The notes under the pieces were generated by a model. It saw nothing but the letters and a program-made list of their open reading frames with translations. It ran no database searches and was not told where the DNA came from. From assembly GCA_021613535.1 (NCBI GenBank), contig CP075497.1, positions 12,338,001 to 12,402,000 of the forward strand: 64,000 bases of DNA. Direction: 5' to 3'. Positions 24,601 to 38,733 of this stretch are shown here, piece by piece; positions within the stretch are counted from its first letter, which is position 1, and each line of letters starts with the position of its first letter. This stretch comes from Adineta vaga (lineage: Eukaryota > Animalia > Rotifera). The position numbers were made by a program, and so were the translations under genes.

Positions 24601-26163
24601 AGAATAGAATGAATGAAATCTATGTTCTGTTTCTTCTCTATTTGACAAATATTAGATGAGAGAAATAGATGAAACGGAAATCGTGATATATTCACTCGCG
24701 AATAGAATTTATCCGTTGACCAATTAGATCGAGTAAGAGTTTTCTTTTTCTTCTTCATTCTAATTATCATTTGATACATTTTTTTTTATTTTATATTTTC
24801 TAATGATCATTGATAAAAGTCATTGAGTTACTTATTCCGGAAATCATTTTTCTTTACCTCAATGAATCTGTTCTATTAAAGGAAACAGATGATCTGACCA
24901 AGGCTCTTTCATCGATAATGTTCACACGCGCACCAGATTATTTCAGTAGGTTTTTTCTTCTTCTTCTTCTTCTTTTGCATAATCATTACGAAAAGTAAGA
25001 AATCCAATGAAGCGAACGTGATGCGCAGATAATGACTTGCGACGGTGGAATTATTTAGTGTCAAAAGAGTCACAAAGAAAGATTATTGATAGTGAAAGAC
25101 TATATATGTGCTTCAATGACTTTCGACATTGTGTCACTTCACAATATCAGAATCATCATAAAGAATGGTCGAATGATTTTTAATCAAAAAAGAAAAAACG
25201 AGGAACAGTTCATTGATCGAAACTTTTCCTACAGCGATATTAAACATTGTCGTTTTCAAGAGAAAAGAAACTGACATGATTTGCATATCGACGTAAGTTT
25301 ACTAATCGATTGAACACATATGACAAAGATTAAAATCTTTACACATTTGTGTTTTGCATGTACATCGAGAAGGTAAAATGATAACGAATCGCGTTTTGTC
25401 TAAATAATGACATAAGATGAAGTGAAGAGTTCATTTTGTTTAATTAGATGGTTACATCATAATAATGAGTAAGTTTACTCGCGTTCTTTCTTTCCCTTTT
25501 CGATCAACGTCCAGACATTAGGATAAAATACATGGATCGAATAACAAACAGGATTAGATGAATGCGTGTAAAAGGAGACTAGATGTGCCTTTGAGCATCA
25601 CTCATCAGCTTAGAAGAAGAGATTTAATGAAGAATGCGAGTTCATTTTCCGTGTAAAATTCAATAACCTTGAAATAAAATATTTAAAAATTGTTCAATTT
25701 TATTCGCATCAATAAGTTTGTCTTTCGTTCTCAATTGACTCGCAACAAATCAATCATATAAATGTAGTTCGTTCATCTTCTTATTTTTACATAACATTCA
25801 TTGAAGCATAGCCTATCATTTAGCATATGTGATGACAAGAACTTTTCATCAATAGAAATTTCTGGCACACAAAGAAGAAAAAGAAAAGATAACCACTAGT
25901 ATGTTTGTGTCATTCAATAGCTTTTTTCTTCTTCTTCTTTTCTTTCTTTTTCTCTCATCTCGATGTAATAATGAGAACATATTCTTCTTTCTCTTAAACT
26001 TGAATAGGAAAGAATGAGAAGTTCGATCTAATCACATCTGCCTACCGGGTGAACCAAATGTAACTGGCTTGCTTTTAATCAAGGGCAAAAAACTGATCAA
26101 ACTTCGTCTTTTCCCTTAAGATATTCTTTTTTCATTGATAGAAAAACAATCTGATTTCAGATT

Positions 26164-27417
26164 ATGGTTCAACTTCCTCCTCCACCTTTATTTACCATTC
26201 GTCCTCCACCCAAACCACCTGGTTCATTTTTCGAACAATTTCAAACGATTGAAATTCTCAATGGTCAATGTATAATTCCTTCATTAAATCTTCTTTCAAA
26301 TTCAACGGCAATTCTTCAACAAAAAGAAATCAACTGGTTAAATCTTTCTCTACTAATTTTAGCTTTTCTTAGTATCATTTCTTGTATTATTATTGGAATA
26401 TTTATTTTTATTTGTCTCAAGTAAATTTATTTGATTTTATCAAAAATATTGGACAAAACAAAGTTTATTTGTTTAGAAAATTGAAAAAAGAAGAAAAAAA
26501 TTATAAAAATTATGTGATTACTGGTTCATTAGCAAGAAATACACATCAATCGGAACCTTGTGCACGAATAAATGAACATTATAAAGTAAGATTTCAATTC
26601 ATTCCATTACTCACATTTCCTCAATGAATAATTTATCAAAAAAAATTCTTTTTGATCATTTAATTTTTCTCTTCACACACGTCAGTATGAATGTAATAAT
26701 AGAGAACAAGTGTCTTTGAAGAAGAGATTGATTAATATTACTGTTATGAATGTTACAAAAAAAAGTAATAATCTCTCTTGATTTTAGTGTACATCTAATA
26801 CATTAAATTGTTGTGATGATTATTATTCTCATCAATTGATTTCATTAAATGACCCAACATTACCATCTTCAACTCCACATCAATTTGATTCTTCTTCCTT
26901 CGTTACAAATTCCATTGGTTTTGATAATTTACAAAATCATCAATATGAATGTATACCTGAATATTTATTGACAATGACTCGTCGTCATCATCATCATCCG
27001 CCTTCGTCATCTACATCACACATCTGTCATCATCAACATTCATTATATCATCAACCCAATATATCTTCGATACCATATGCTACTTTTTCTCGATCATTAA
27101 TTCATTCACAAGGAATAACAACAGCAAGTACAAGTGATAGTAGTCAATGTACTTGTTCTTCTTCTTCTCCTCCTCCTCCATCAACAACAGTCGTTCAAGA
27201 AGAATCATCAATACCATTACTTACCTCATCAATTCCGAAAGAATCTCAAAGAACAGATGAAATATTCATATCTTCGCCGAAATCAATGAGAATTGGATGG
27301 ACAAGACGAAATAATATTTCGACATCATCAATGAAAAGAAAACCGTCAACAAATCATTCTAATGAACAACGATATAGTTTTCTATCTCAATTAAGAAAAT
27401 CTTCTGTATTACAATAA
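26164..27417 (+). CDS. Single-pass membrane protein with Ser/His/Pro-rich cytoplasmic tail; exons about 26164-26420, 26477-26585, 26788-27417
   Basis: One strong hydrophobic helix followed by a basic stop-transfer stretch; GT-AG introns link three ORF pieces. Confidence 0.65.
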
Positions 27418-28149
27418 GAATTTCGAATAGAATATGCAGGGATTCATTGCTTTATTATTTGCATTTTTTCATTCAATTGATTCCATTTAGCGAAAAACAA
27501 AGTTCAATTTAATCACTTCGATAGTCAAATATCCTCAATATACATATGAAATTCATATATTTAAAAGAACTGATCTTTGTAATTTAATTCAATTCAATAT
27601 ATTCTTTTTTTTCCGAAGATCACAACTATTTTGTATAACATACATGATCTAACATTATACAATTGTATTGAACTCAAGGAGAATGAACAGAGAATTTACT
27701 TTTATTCATTCAGTTGTTGTCGAAAACTAATGAATAAACATCATTTTGTTGCATCTTGTTTTTCAAAGTAACATTTATATATCTTCTCGGAAATAAATAA
27801 AACTGCCAATGACTATCTCAAATACAATATGAACTTATATGTATTAGAAAATAAGAGAAACAATAACATGGAGAAAAAAGTAAGGTGTTGCATGCATAAA
27901 GATACCGCATGTTATTAAAACAGGTAACCATTAACCAGCTGAATATATAGAAAATGAGTTAGTGAAAGAGAGAGAAGGGCGAATCAGAGCGAAATATTAA
28001 CTTGAGGAGAGAAGAAAAGGAAAGAGAACATATATTATTTACAAGTCTGTAAAGATTTCTATGAAAAAGAAGACATAGAATAAATATTTTCATAATTTAT
28101 CACAATTACAAGGTATGATTATTGAATAACGCTTGAAATATGTTAATAT

Positions 28150-29360
28150 CCTTTATTTTGAAAGAAACACGCAAATCAAGATCATTGACAATTTATTCTT
28201 GATATTTTTCGATATTCGTAGAACTATCGTCAGTATCTGCATGATGTAGTAAATGTTCTATGTCACCAAGAATGTGTTGAAGACCTGAAAACTCTCTAAT
28301 ACCTCCGCTCATAGTATTAAATAGTGCGCCAATACTGTCCAGAAACTCTTTCAAATCAGAATCATTTGAATCAAATTTGAAGGAAGCGTTTTCTTTCAGG
28401 TTTCGAATGCTTTTTCATGACATCAAAGTGCGTTTGAATACTCACCTAGGTTAATATATGCGATGCCGAGCCCATTACAGGGGAGAGCAAACCTTCGATC
28501 CGATGGAGAGAGGAATTTTTGAAAAATATCAACGGATTTTCCAAAAGATTCAATAGCTTCGTCAAATTTACCTTCACCATTATTGATCATTCCAAATATA
28601 CGGTAGATCGATGCTTTCTCATAATCGGCATCCATGCTATATAATATAATGTCAAATAAACCTAATTTCATTAGTAAGTTACCTAATCGATACCATCCTT
28701 TTTCAGTTGGAAATGTTTCTTGTCGCATGCTCTCAGTAAAATTACGCAGTTGAGGATCATCAACATTTGTTAATGTTAAATCTACTTGTCAGAGACAATT
28801 GTTATTCTCATGAAATTGCTTAATTTCTCCGATACGAAAAACAGAATGCATGGAGAAAAAAATCTCTTCTTCTTTCTCAAGTGCACTAATATCATGAGTT
28901 TTGACGAAAGCAGTAGTCGATTTCGATGGATCGACAGTTATCTTAAAGAGAACATCAACTAAATCAGGACTTTATTGATCACTACCGGCGAACAAATATG
29001 ATATATCACAATCAACACTTGTTGATAAAAGTTGTTGAATGACATTATAATCCATCTTTGGTTTTTTTATTTTGCAAAGTCTGTTTTTGATAAACCTTGA
29101 CCACGATATACGATGAACGTGTCTGATTATGAATGGGCATTATATTGCTGATTATGATGGTGATACTCTTCTTCAATTTTGTCTACTATGTTTAAATCAA
29201 TATTATTACTGATGGATAATTCCTCGCGACAACACTTGATAAAATTATCAAAATGCTTATCTTCGAAAACGATTGTAAGTAAAATTTCCTTGAGAATTAA
29301 GATATACATAAAGGATTGATCGAGTTCGTCGAGATTTTGATTTGCGACTATATCATGTTA
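28150..29360 (-). pseudogene. Decayed ADP-ribosyltransferase plus TPR-repeat gene
   Basis: R-S-E class motifs VYRGQG, F(L)STS, EKEEEIFFSMHSVFRI, then TPR helices; in-frame stops at about 28972 and 28789 and frameshifts. Confidence 0.85.
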
Positions 29361-30711
29361 AATTGAAACCTTTCTCCTTCGTAAAATATTATCTTGTCGT
29401 ACCGCACGAATGGATTCAAAAAAATTGATCAAATAAATATGACCTAACGAGAAGTCAACCGATCGATTCTCCTGAAAATTACGAGATACTTCTTGACAAC
29501 GAGAATAGAGAAGCTAGTAAACAGATGAAAGAAATCTTTCGAAAATTACGAATAATTTGGAATAAATTGTTAAAGACGATAGACAGAAATGTTTTCAAAA
29601 TCTTATCAGGAACCCTACTTTAAAGTTTCATTTTAAGACATCTTTTTTTGAAGAAATCGGGTACTACTCTAAATGATGATTATATGATCAAAGTTGACTC
29701 CATTTTTGGTTTACTGTGAAAATGTCGAACGATAAAAATATCGAAAACATCAAAAGAATGAGCTGATAGGTGGTTTTATTTTTATTTTCGACGTTTATAC
29801 GGTAAACCATCCAAAATATTTTGTTCGCCATGTAAATTAGAATTAGCAAAAACTGTGCTCGATATTCAGATTCAATTTTTAGTTTTCGTACTCGAGGATA
29901 TATGGGTGGGTGTAGATTCGAAGATGATTTAACATTCACCTACACCGCCAAGACCTTCGCAGCAGTTATCTCTCTTTTTCCCTTTACATATTTCCTACTG
30001 CTCTTTTGTCCAAACTGAATATATATTAACGTAATGCACATTTTCTTCTTTAAATATATAAAGTAGATGAAACTTTTTGTTTATTTTGAGAAATACTTAT
30101 ATCAATTGGTCAATATTTTGTGTTTTGAGTCTTTGTATCATTTTCACACATTCTTTTGTTTATTTCAACACATTAGAATTTTTGATTACTGATAAGACAC
30201 TTCTATAGTCTTTTACTTTCCCCTCTCCTTACACATTTTGTTCTGCAAACATACATCACACAACGAGGTAAAAAAACGAGAGAAAGGAAGAAAGACAGAA
30301 CGGAAAGAATCAATACATCAGTGTGGTATATTCTGTTCCAACTATCGTCAATCGATCACAACATCACCTCGAGAGCAGAGGAAAAAAAGTATGTATTATA
30401 TAATTATTCATGACCATCGTTTTTTTTTCTGCATTCTCGTCAGTTCTGATCAGCATAACGATGAGTATAAAAGAAGAGAGAAAGGAACAAAAATTAAGCA
30501 GAACATTCGTTCAAATGTCAATTCATTGTAAAACTATTCACATTGTGTTTTTCTACATATAATTACGACTAGAAGGCATCACTACCCCTCCTATTACATC
30601 ATTGGTTATTTAGTGAAGGACAATTTCTAACAAGTAAAAGAACGAACATCAACATTACACATTTTCATTCGAATTCAAGACCCATTTTTTTTCTTCTTCT
30701 TTCTTTAGATA

Positions 30712-32099
30712 ATGGCTGATACAATATTAAAATTAAGTCGAAGTTTAGTTAAAATCGATACAAATAATGATTTTTCATCCGATCAAATTCATTATCAAAT
30801 AACATTTACTGTTTTAATTATCTCTGGAATTGCATCAACAAGTTTACAGTTTTATGCTGATCCAATTCAATGTATTCAACCAGCACAATTTACCGACGGT
30901 TATACATCATTTGCTCGAACATTATGTTGGTTAAATAATACATATTTTTATCCTCAAACGTATACGAGATTACCATTGAATAAAAATGAACGAGAACAAC
31001 ATACACTTTATTATTATCAATGGTTACCATTTGTTTATTTAATTCAAGCATTTTTCTTTTTATTGCCACATTTAATTTGGATTAGTTTTTATAAAAAAAA
31101 TGGTTTAAATCCAGGTTTAGTTGTTGAACAAGGAAAAAAATTTGATAATAAAACTGATATCAGTCAACGAATTGCTGAAGAAATTGAAAGATATTTAATG
31201 TGTAGACAATTAGCACAATGTCGAAAGAAATTATTACTTCGTATTGATGTTAATGAACAGTCACAAAGTCAATCTACACCATTTTTACCTAAAGTTTCAT
31301 TTCGATTTCGATATCATACATATTATCTTGTTTCACTTTATCTTTTTATTAAATTTCTTTATCTTCTTAATATAATTATACAAGTTTTAATATTAAATGT
31401 TCTTTTATCAACGGGTAAATATGGTTTTATTCGTTTTGGTGCAGATACAATAAAATATCTCTTTCAATCATCATTACGTGAACGTATTACAAATTTATCC
31501 TATCAACATCAACAATTATTTCCATTTGTTACTCTATGTGATTTTCATATTCGAGAATTAGGACAAGATCATTATTATACAATGGAAGTAAGACAATTTC
31601 ATTTGATAAAACTCAATTTTCTCTCTTTTAATTTTAGTGTATATTATTAATAAATATATTTTATGAAAAGATTTATTTTGCAATGTGGATTTGGTTTGCA
31701 GTTTTATTTCTCATATCACTTTTCTCATTTATCTATTCATTCTTTCTTTATATTCCAATGTTTTCTCGTTCACAATTTATTAAAAAGATCATTGATTCTA
31801 TCGAAGCAAAAAAACGACATACAGCAACAACATCCGAACCAATTTCTTTACATTTACGAACAACAAATGATGAAATACATTGTGATGATTATCTCTTTGA
31901 TAAAAATCGACGAAAAAATTTTGTTCATTGGTTACAACGCGATGGAATTTTTCTTCTTTATTTACTTAAATCTCATGCAGGTTCACCATCAGTTATCAAA
32001 TGTGTCGAAGATTTAATGAAAATTTGGATTGAAAAGTATGAAGATAAGTCAAAACTTGCGGAACAATTACTGAAAAATGAATTTCAATTTTCCAAATAA
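30712..32099 (+). CDS. Innexin; exons 30712-31587 and 31638-32099
   Basis: PIQC..CW first loop, YYQWLP signature, FPFVTLCDF..ECILLINIFYEKIY second loop, four TM segments. Confidence 0.95.
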
Positions 32100-32673
32100 A
32101 AACATTCGATTTTTATGATATTGATATTGAATGATATAACCATAAAGTAATTTACAAAAATATCGATCAAGATATTTCGCTTCGAGACAGAAGATCGAGA
32201 ATATTTTTTGTTATTCTTTCTAATTGAACAGATTCATCTATTGAAATAAAAGTATTTAACAAAAACTTACATAATCTTTAATCTATGTACAAGTTCGATG
32301 AGAATTCGTCTAATAATCATTGTAAACTATTGCTAAGACAACAACGATACACATCCCGAAACCACCCCTATAAATTTCAAGTGATCATGATCATTCAAGT
32401 TATAAACAACTGGAAAAAGTGCATCGATAACATACAAAAGACTTTTATAAATTGATCTATAAAAATCCAAGAGAGTAGAGCTACTTGATATAAAATTAAC
32501 TTCTAGTTTTCTTTTTATGATATATAATAAACTCCATTTGCTTTAAATACTAGAAATTCTTTCTTTTTCGATCAAATAACATTTGATTACTGTTTTTTGA
32601 CATTTATCGATCAAAATATCTCAGAACAAGCAAATGTTTCTTTTCTGATAATTATTCAATTGGATTGATTTCA

Positions 32674-33903
32674 ATGGCTGATGACGAAGAAAATGATCCA
32701 ACCGCCCCATTTAATGAATTAGAAGCGTTTGATTCACTTTGGCAAGCGTTAAAATGGAATCAAATAAAAAAACGTGTGCCTATATGTTTTAAAAAAACAA
32801 TTCATAATCGATATTTTTTTGCAAATTTTGTTTATCTTGTAAGAGGAAAGTTGATTAAAAGAATTTTGTTGTTAAATGTATCATTAATTTTAGCTCTATG
32901 CAATTGGTATTATGGTTATTGATTATGATCCATGGATTAATGGATCAGCTGAAGCAGGAGAAATAACAAATGAAATCATCTGTTCTTGTAATGAAACAAC
33001 AACGGCGATTATTTCTACAACTGCAGTTGTGGAAACTGGAATATCTCTTGTAAATGGAATGTATCTTGGTAAATTGAGAAAGTTTTATTGAAATTTAAAA
33101 GATTTCGTTTTTTTAAGGACTAGCAGTTGTACATATGATTTCTGCTACTTTATATTGGTGGGCATGGAAAGGTAATAAGAGATTGTTTTTCTTCTTCTCT
33201 TTGGAATTCTTATTTGTTTTGAAAAGATCATCGTTGGAATGATCTGATTATGATACCCGAATATTTAAATCATGTTGAAGCTGGTTTATATCTATGGGCT
33301 GCAAGTTGGTATCAAAAAGAAGATGGATTATATGGTCATTATACATTAGCTTTACATAAACTTGAAACAGTAGCAGCATTCGTAGAATTATTTGCTTCAT
33401 TTGGATGGTAAATTTCAAGATGGAAAACGTAATATATTTTATTTCAATTATTCTTTAGGATAATGTCATGGTATCGAACATATACACGTGCAGTAGGACG
33501 TGGTTTTACATTTGAAGATCCTGATACAGTGGCATATACATTAACAACATTAAGTTCATTTATTTATATCGCATATAATATACAAATATTAATGAGTCCG
33601 GAACAATATGGAACGAATACACTTTATTATAATGGTGATATCATCTATTCAATTGGTGCGATCTTTTATTTATGGGCAAATCTACGTGATGATGGTTGGT
33701 TATGGTGGATGCCAGTTGCGGGACAATATGGAATTGCAGCCGGAAGAATACAAACAGGAAAACCAATTCGAGCTGGTTTACCTCATGCTTTAATTGGTGG
33801 AAATGAACCTTGTCTAAAATGTTATCGAACATGTTTAAGAAGAGATTCAAATGAAGGAAATGCAGGAAATGCAACGGTTGTACCAATTCAAGAAAAAGTT
33901 TAA
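32674..33903 (+). CDS. Multi-pass (about 6-7 TM) membrane protein of unknown family, five exons
   Basis: Spliced frame continuous from MADDEE to QEKV-stop; repeated hydrophobic helices; motifs IPEYLNH, GRGFTFEDPD, LRDDGW. Confidence 0.75.
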
Positions 33904-34834
33904 CTGCTGCACTTTTTTTTCGAAATAAAAGTCTTTTCTTTTTCAATAAATTGATTTGAATATTTTAAAGTAAATGAGAAAAACGATTTGAGATAATAAT
34001 AATAGTTTAGCTAATCATTTTCTTTGTGTTAATTAACAACGATTTTATTCAAGGCTTTTTCTTCTATTATTATTCATCAACTAATAATAGATTTCTTTTT
34101 CTTATATTCAACACAAATTAATCTTATCGTTCGACAAGGTTTTTATCAATTTTATTTCAGAATTAAAGATTATCATAAGCAATGAAACTTTTTTCTTCAA
34201 ATTGAAGATATAACAAGAATTTATCATTCCAAATGATGCAATCAAAAGAATAACCTTTTGCTATACTTATCAATCATCATTAGTGAACTTACATAATCGT
34301 TTTTTTCCTTCTTCTCTCTTCTTCTTCTTCTTAAGATATCTGTAAAGTCTTTCTTAATATATCAATTGAACAAAATGTAATAAACAATTCTTATTGAATA
34401 TTTCATGAGTTATTCATAAGAAAAGAAGAAGATTCAATATCAATTGTCTTTTGATCTCTCCCGTCGTATAGTAGAAATAATAATAATAATAATAATGAAA
34501 GAAAGAAAGAAAGAACAAACAAATGAAAAGAAAAAAAAGTATAATGTACACACATAAAAGAAGAGAAAATGTAATATCCACACGCTCTATTCTCTGGGCG
34601 AACGAACCACAGGTAACAACAGCGAGAAAAAAAACAACACATAAAAAAATAAAAAAGAAACTGAACAAAACAATATCATATACTGATGATGATTATTATC
34701 ATATGTAATACAAGAAGCAATGTGTGAAAGACGTGCGACTCAAAAAGAAACCAATGAAAAAAAGGAAATCTTATGTGCGAGTAATAGAAATTTTGCGATA
34801 TGAAAAAGCGAATCGAGTCGTGTCCTACACTTAT

Positions 34835-36345
34835 TCACAACGTCATTCCCATCCGTTGTAATGCTAATAGAGCATTAACCGCTTTCTATAAAAATTAAAT
34901 TAAACAAATTTCAAGCTTTTAAAATCAAATCAAAATTATTTTATATATTCAAACCTGCCAACGTCGTCGGATAACAAATCGACGTAATTTTTTCGTCGAT
35001 AATTTCTTTTCAGCTGTTTCATCATCATTTGGTATAGAGACTAATTTAGGTCGACGAGTCAACCATGGATGAGAAAGACATTGCCGTGATGGAAGACGTT
35101 TACTAAAACGAATTTTTTCAAAATGAAATTTCGAAATGAATTCATATCAATCATTACTCTTTATCTTTAACAAGTAATTTTGATATAAAATCTTTTGCTT
35201 CATCAGATATATCCGTAAATGCTTCATCATCAAAATCATAATTAGCTCGATTGATATTTGCATAAGTATCATTGTCATTTTCACCCATAAATGGACTTAA
35301 ACCAGATAATCTAATGAAAATTAAACTTACAAATCTTTATTTTCATTCAATAAATTAACTTACAAAACATAACAAATGACTCCTACTGACCTAAGTACAA
35401 GAAATCGATGTCAAAAAGAGAAATGTTATTTCAAATAAATTCTTACCACATATCTGTTCCGAAGCCGACTCTATCAAAATTAATAACTTCTGGTGCGACG
35501 AATTCTGGTGTACCAAATAGAACTTTTAATTGTTTTGTTGGATCAAATCTTCTTGCTAAACCAAAATCAATAATTTTTATTCGATGACCATCTCGATTAA
35601 CACATAAAATATTCTCAGGCTAAACGAAAAAAATACAAACATATCTTGTTATCTTGTCGTTAATTTTCATCAATCAAACCTTCATATCAAGATGAATAAT
35701 ATTACATGAATGCATAAAACTAACACCTTCACAAATTTGCATCATATATAATTCACAAAGACGTTCAGTTAAAATAAAATCATCATCAATAACACGTTCA
35801 AATAATTCTCCGCCACTGATTCTAAAAGTAAAGAAGAAGAAGAATAAAATAGTTTCTCTATGAAAATTTCAAATTATTTTACAATTCCATAATTAAACAG
35901 AAGTTTCCTTTGGTTTCAAACGCATCATAAAGTTGTAATAGACGAGGATGTTGAAGTGATTTCATGATATCAATTTCATTTAATGCTTCAATTCGATCTT
36001 GTTCTTTATTTATTTGAATAAATTTTGCAGCTAATAAATGTTGAGTTGATTTTTCACGACATTTTTTCACTTCACCAAATTTTCCTCTAAAATTTTCCCA
36101 ACACATTCTCCTTGCCAAAAGATTAAAAAAGTTCCTTCTTACCTTCCGAGAATTTCCATCAGTTCATATTCATCTGTAGCTAATTTATTCTTTTTAACAG
36201 TCACAGCACGTGGAGAAAATGGTGGATCAATATCTATAATAACGAGATAAACTTGTTTTTACGATAAGATTTAGTTGAATATTTACCATCTTCTAAGACA
36301 ACATCATGAATTGTATGATGACCATGTTGTTGCATTACATCAGAC
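34835..36345 (-). CDS. Myosin light chain kinase-like CaMK-group kinase, shared catalytic exons
   Basis: LGRGKFGEV, AAKFI, GGELFERVIDDDF, HLDMKPEN, IIDFGLAR, GTPEFVAPE, CaM-binding tail KKLRRFVIRRRWQKAVNAL. Confidence 0.93.
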
Positions 36346-36666
36346 CTTAACAAAAAAGAAAAAAGAAGTTTTTTCAACGAATATTGTAATCGATAAAAAT
36401 AGAAATAAAACAAATAAGAGACACAATGTGTATAATGATAACATCATATGGTATGAAAGAGAAAAGAATGTATCGTCTGACATATATTTGAGATTCTTAT
36501 ATAACGAAATAATTTGAAACAATTCACATATAATTATTAAACGATTTCTTTTATGATTTTATTCATAAGAGAAAACGAAAATTGAATCTTATGATGATAT
36601 AAATATATATGTTTAGTAGAATGAAGCGTTTGATTAGTAAATATCTTCTATGTATATATTTGTTAC

Positions 36667-37892
36667 CCGTAAAGACGTATAAATGAATCTCTTTTGTATC
36701 TTAATGGAAGATTTGTATTTATAAGCAAAGAATTTTGTAGAATAGTTGTATCTGAACGAATTGTATCTGTACTTGAAAATTGACAATAATCATCAATACT
36801 TGAATCAATTTCAGTTGAACAAAAACATGTTGCTAATGTTGATGATTGAGAGGATGGTTGTTGTTGTTGTTGTTCAAGATCTTCATTGATTGAAAATAAT
36901 GGAACAATAGTTGATAAGGGTGAAGATGAAGATGAAGAAGAGGAGGAGGAGGAGGATGATGATATTGCACGAGTAAATGTTGGAATTGGTGAAGGAGGTG
37001 AATTTGTTCGTTTAAATGATGATGAATTAAAAATTACTTGACGTTGTTTTTGTGTTGAAGCAATTGTTGGACGAGCGAAACGAGGTGGTGATGATGATGA
37101 TGAACATGTTGATGAACATGTAGAATCAGATGTTCCACTTGTACTTGAACGTGATAATGTAACACATTCATGATTACTATTTTCAATGACAGTAACTAAT
37201 GTATGAATAGCTGAATCTGAATCACTTTCAAGTGTTCCAATATGTTGTTGAGAAACATATTTTAATTGTGTCCAAGATTTTGCTAAAGGAATTTTTGGAC
37301 TAACAGGTGATGATTGAACCCTATTATGATTTGTTATTCTTTCACAAATCATCATCGGTTCAGCTGGATGAGTCGATTTTTTCGAATGAAATGGTATTGG
37401 TGAAGAACAAGAAGAAGAGGAAGAAGAAGAAGAAGTATCAACAATAACAATAGGCGGAGTTCGAGGTGTCGGAACAGTTTTTCGTGTTCCTTCCCATTGT
37501 TTAACAAAAACACTACGAATTGGTGCAGAAACTTTGGTAGAATGATTCATTGATGAAAGTGTTTGAGATTCAAATTGATGAATTATATTTGCAACACGAG
37601 ATGAAGATAAATGAGGTTTAGATAATTGACATCGAATTTTCGAAGGAAATGTTGATGGTTCGACTAGTGAAATTAAAGATTGTGAAGGTCGTAAGAAAAA
37701 TGGTGATGATGTTGTTGTTAATGATGATGATGATATTAATGATGTCGAAAACGATGAAGATGGTGGTGGTGGCGGTGGTGGGAGAAACCGAGGTCGCAGA
37801 AAAAAAGTTGATGACTGTTTATTATTGTTACTATTCGTCGTCGTCAAATCGTTCACAGATGTCCATCGTTGGATGAACGTTGATGATGACAT
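36667..37892 (-). CDS. Ser/Pro-rich alternative N-terminal exon (proximal) of the MLCK-like gene
   Basis: ~409-codon open frame ending in a phase-2 donor (TACGG/GTAAC) compatible with the acceptor at 36346. Confidence 0.7.
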
Positions 37893-38733
37893 TTTTCTTC
37901 TCTCTTTCTCTTCTCTTTTTCTTTTTATGTTCAAATACAGAACAGCAAAAAATTATTACACCAACGAACACTTCACCATGTTGATCAGTATCATCAACTG
38001 CGACGACAATAATAATAAAGACGAAGAAGAAGTACGTAACATATTACACACGTGCATTTATGTGTGTCAATCTTAACCTCATGTGCACATTTTTTTTTGT
38101 ATGAAAAGTATTCGTCGGTTATTCGAAGGAGAGAGAAATCAACCGTTATACATAACGTATCAAAAAAAGAAAGAAAAAGAACGAAAAAGAAGAAAGAATT
38201 TGATCGAAGAAAAAGAAAATTGATTCGAATTTTCTTCGAAAACAGAACAGAAAGAATTGTTCAAATTGATATAAATGATTATAGAAATCGAGTAAATGTT
38301 TGAAAATTTGGAAAGACAATCGAACCTCGTTACTTTCTTCAATGTGTCTAGCTTATGTCCTTCGTTGGTTTCTTATTTCGTTTGTAACATTGATTTTCTC
38401 TCATGTGAGTCATTACATACAAGTGTGCGCTCGATTGCTCGTCAATAAAGGTCGTATTATTATGCTTAATTCATACGTCAAGGTCAAGGCTTTTCTATAA
38501 AAAATGATGACGGTAAATTGAACAAACTTATTACATTTTTCGATATCGAAAATGCGATCGAGAAATCTTTTCTATTTATCTTTGTTCTTTTCTTCGAAGA
38601 GAAAAGAGCAAAAGAAAAACAGGAAGATATTCCCATAGATCATATTACATGTAAGGAGGAGAAAATGTCTTTTGATGACAGACAACTGGACATATCTTAC
38701 AGAGGAGGTGTGAAAAAAAGATTTCTCTTTTAC

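Noticed and set aside
21700-26100. 4.4-kb gene-free tract with frequent TGAC/GTCA motifs
   Set aside because: No repeat periodicity, RNA structure or coding signal I can support; motif enrichment not testable by eye
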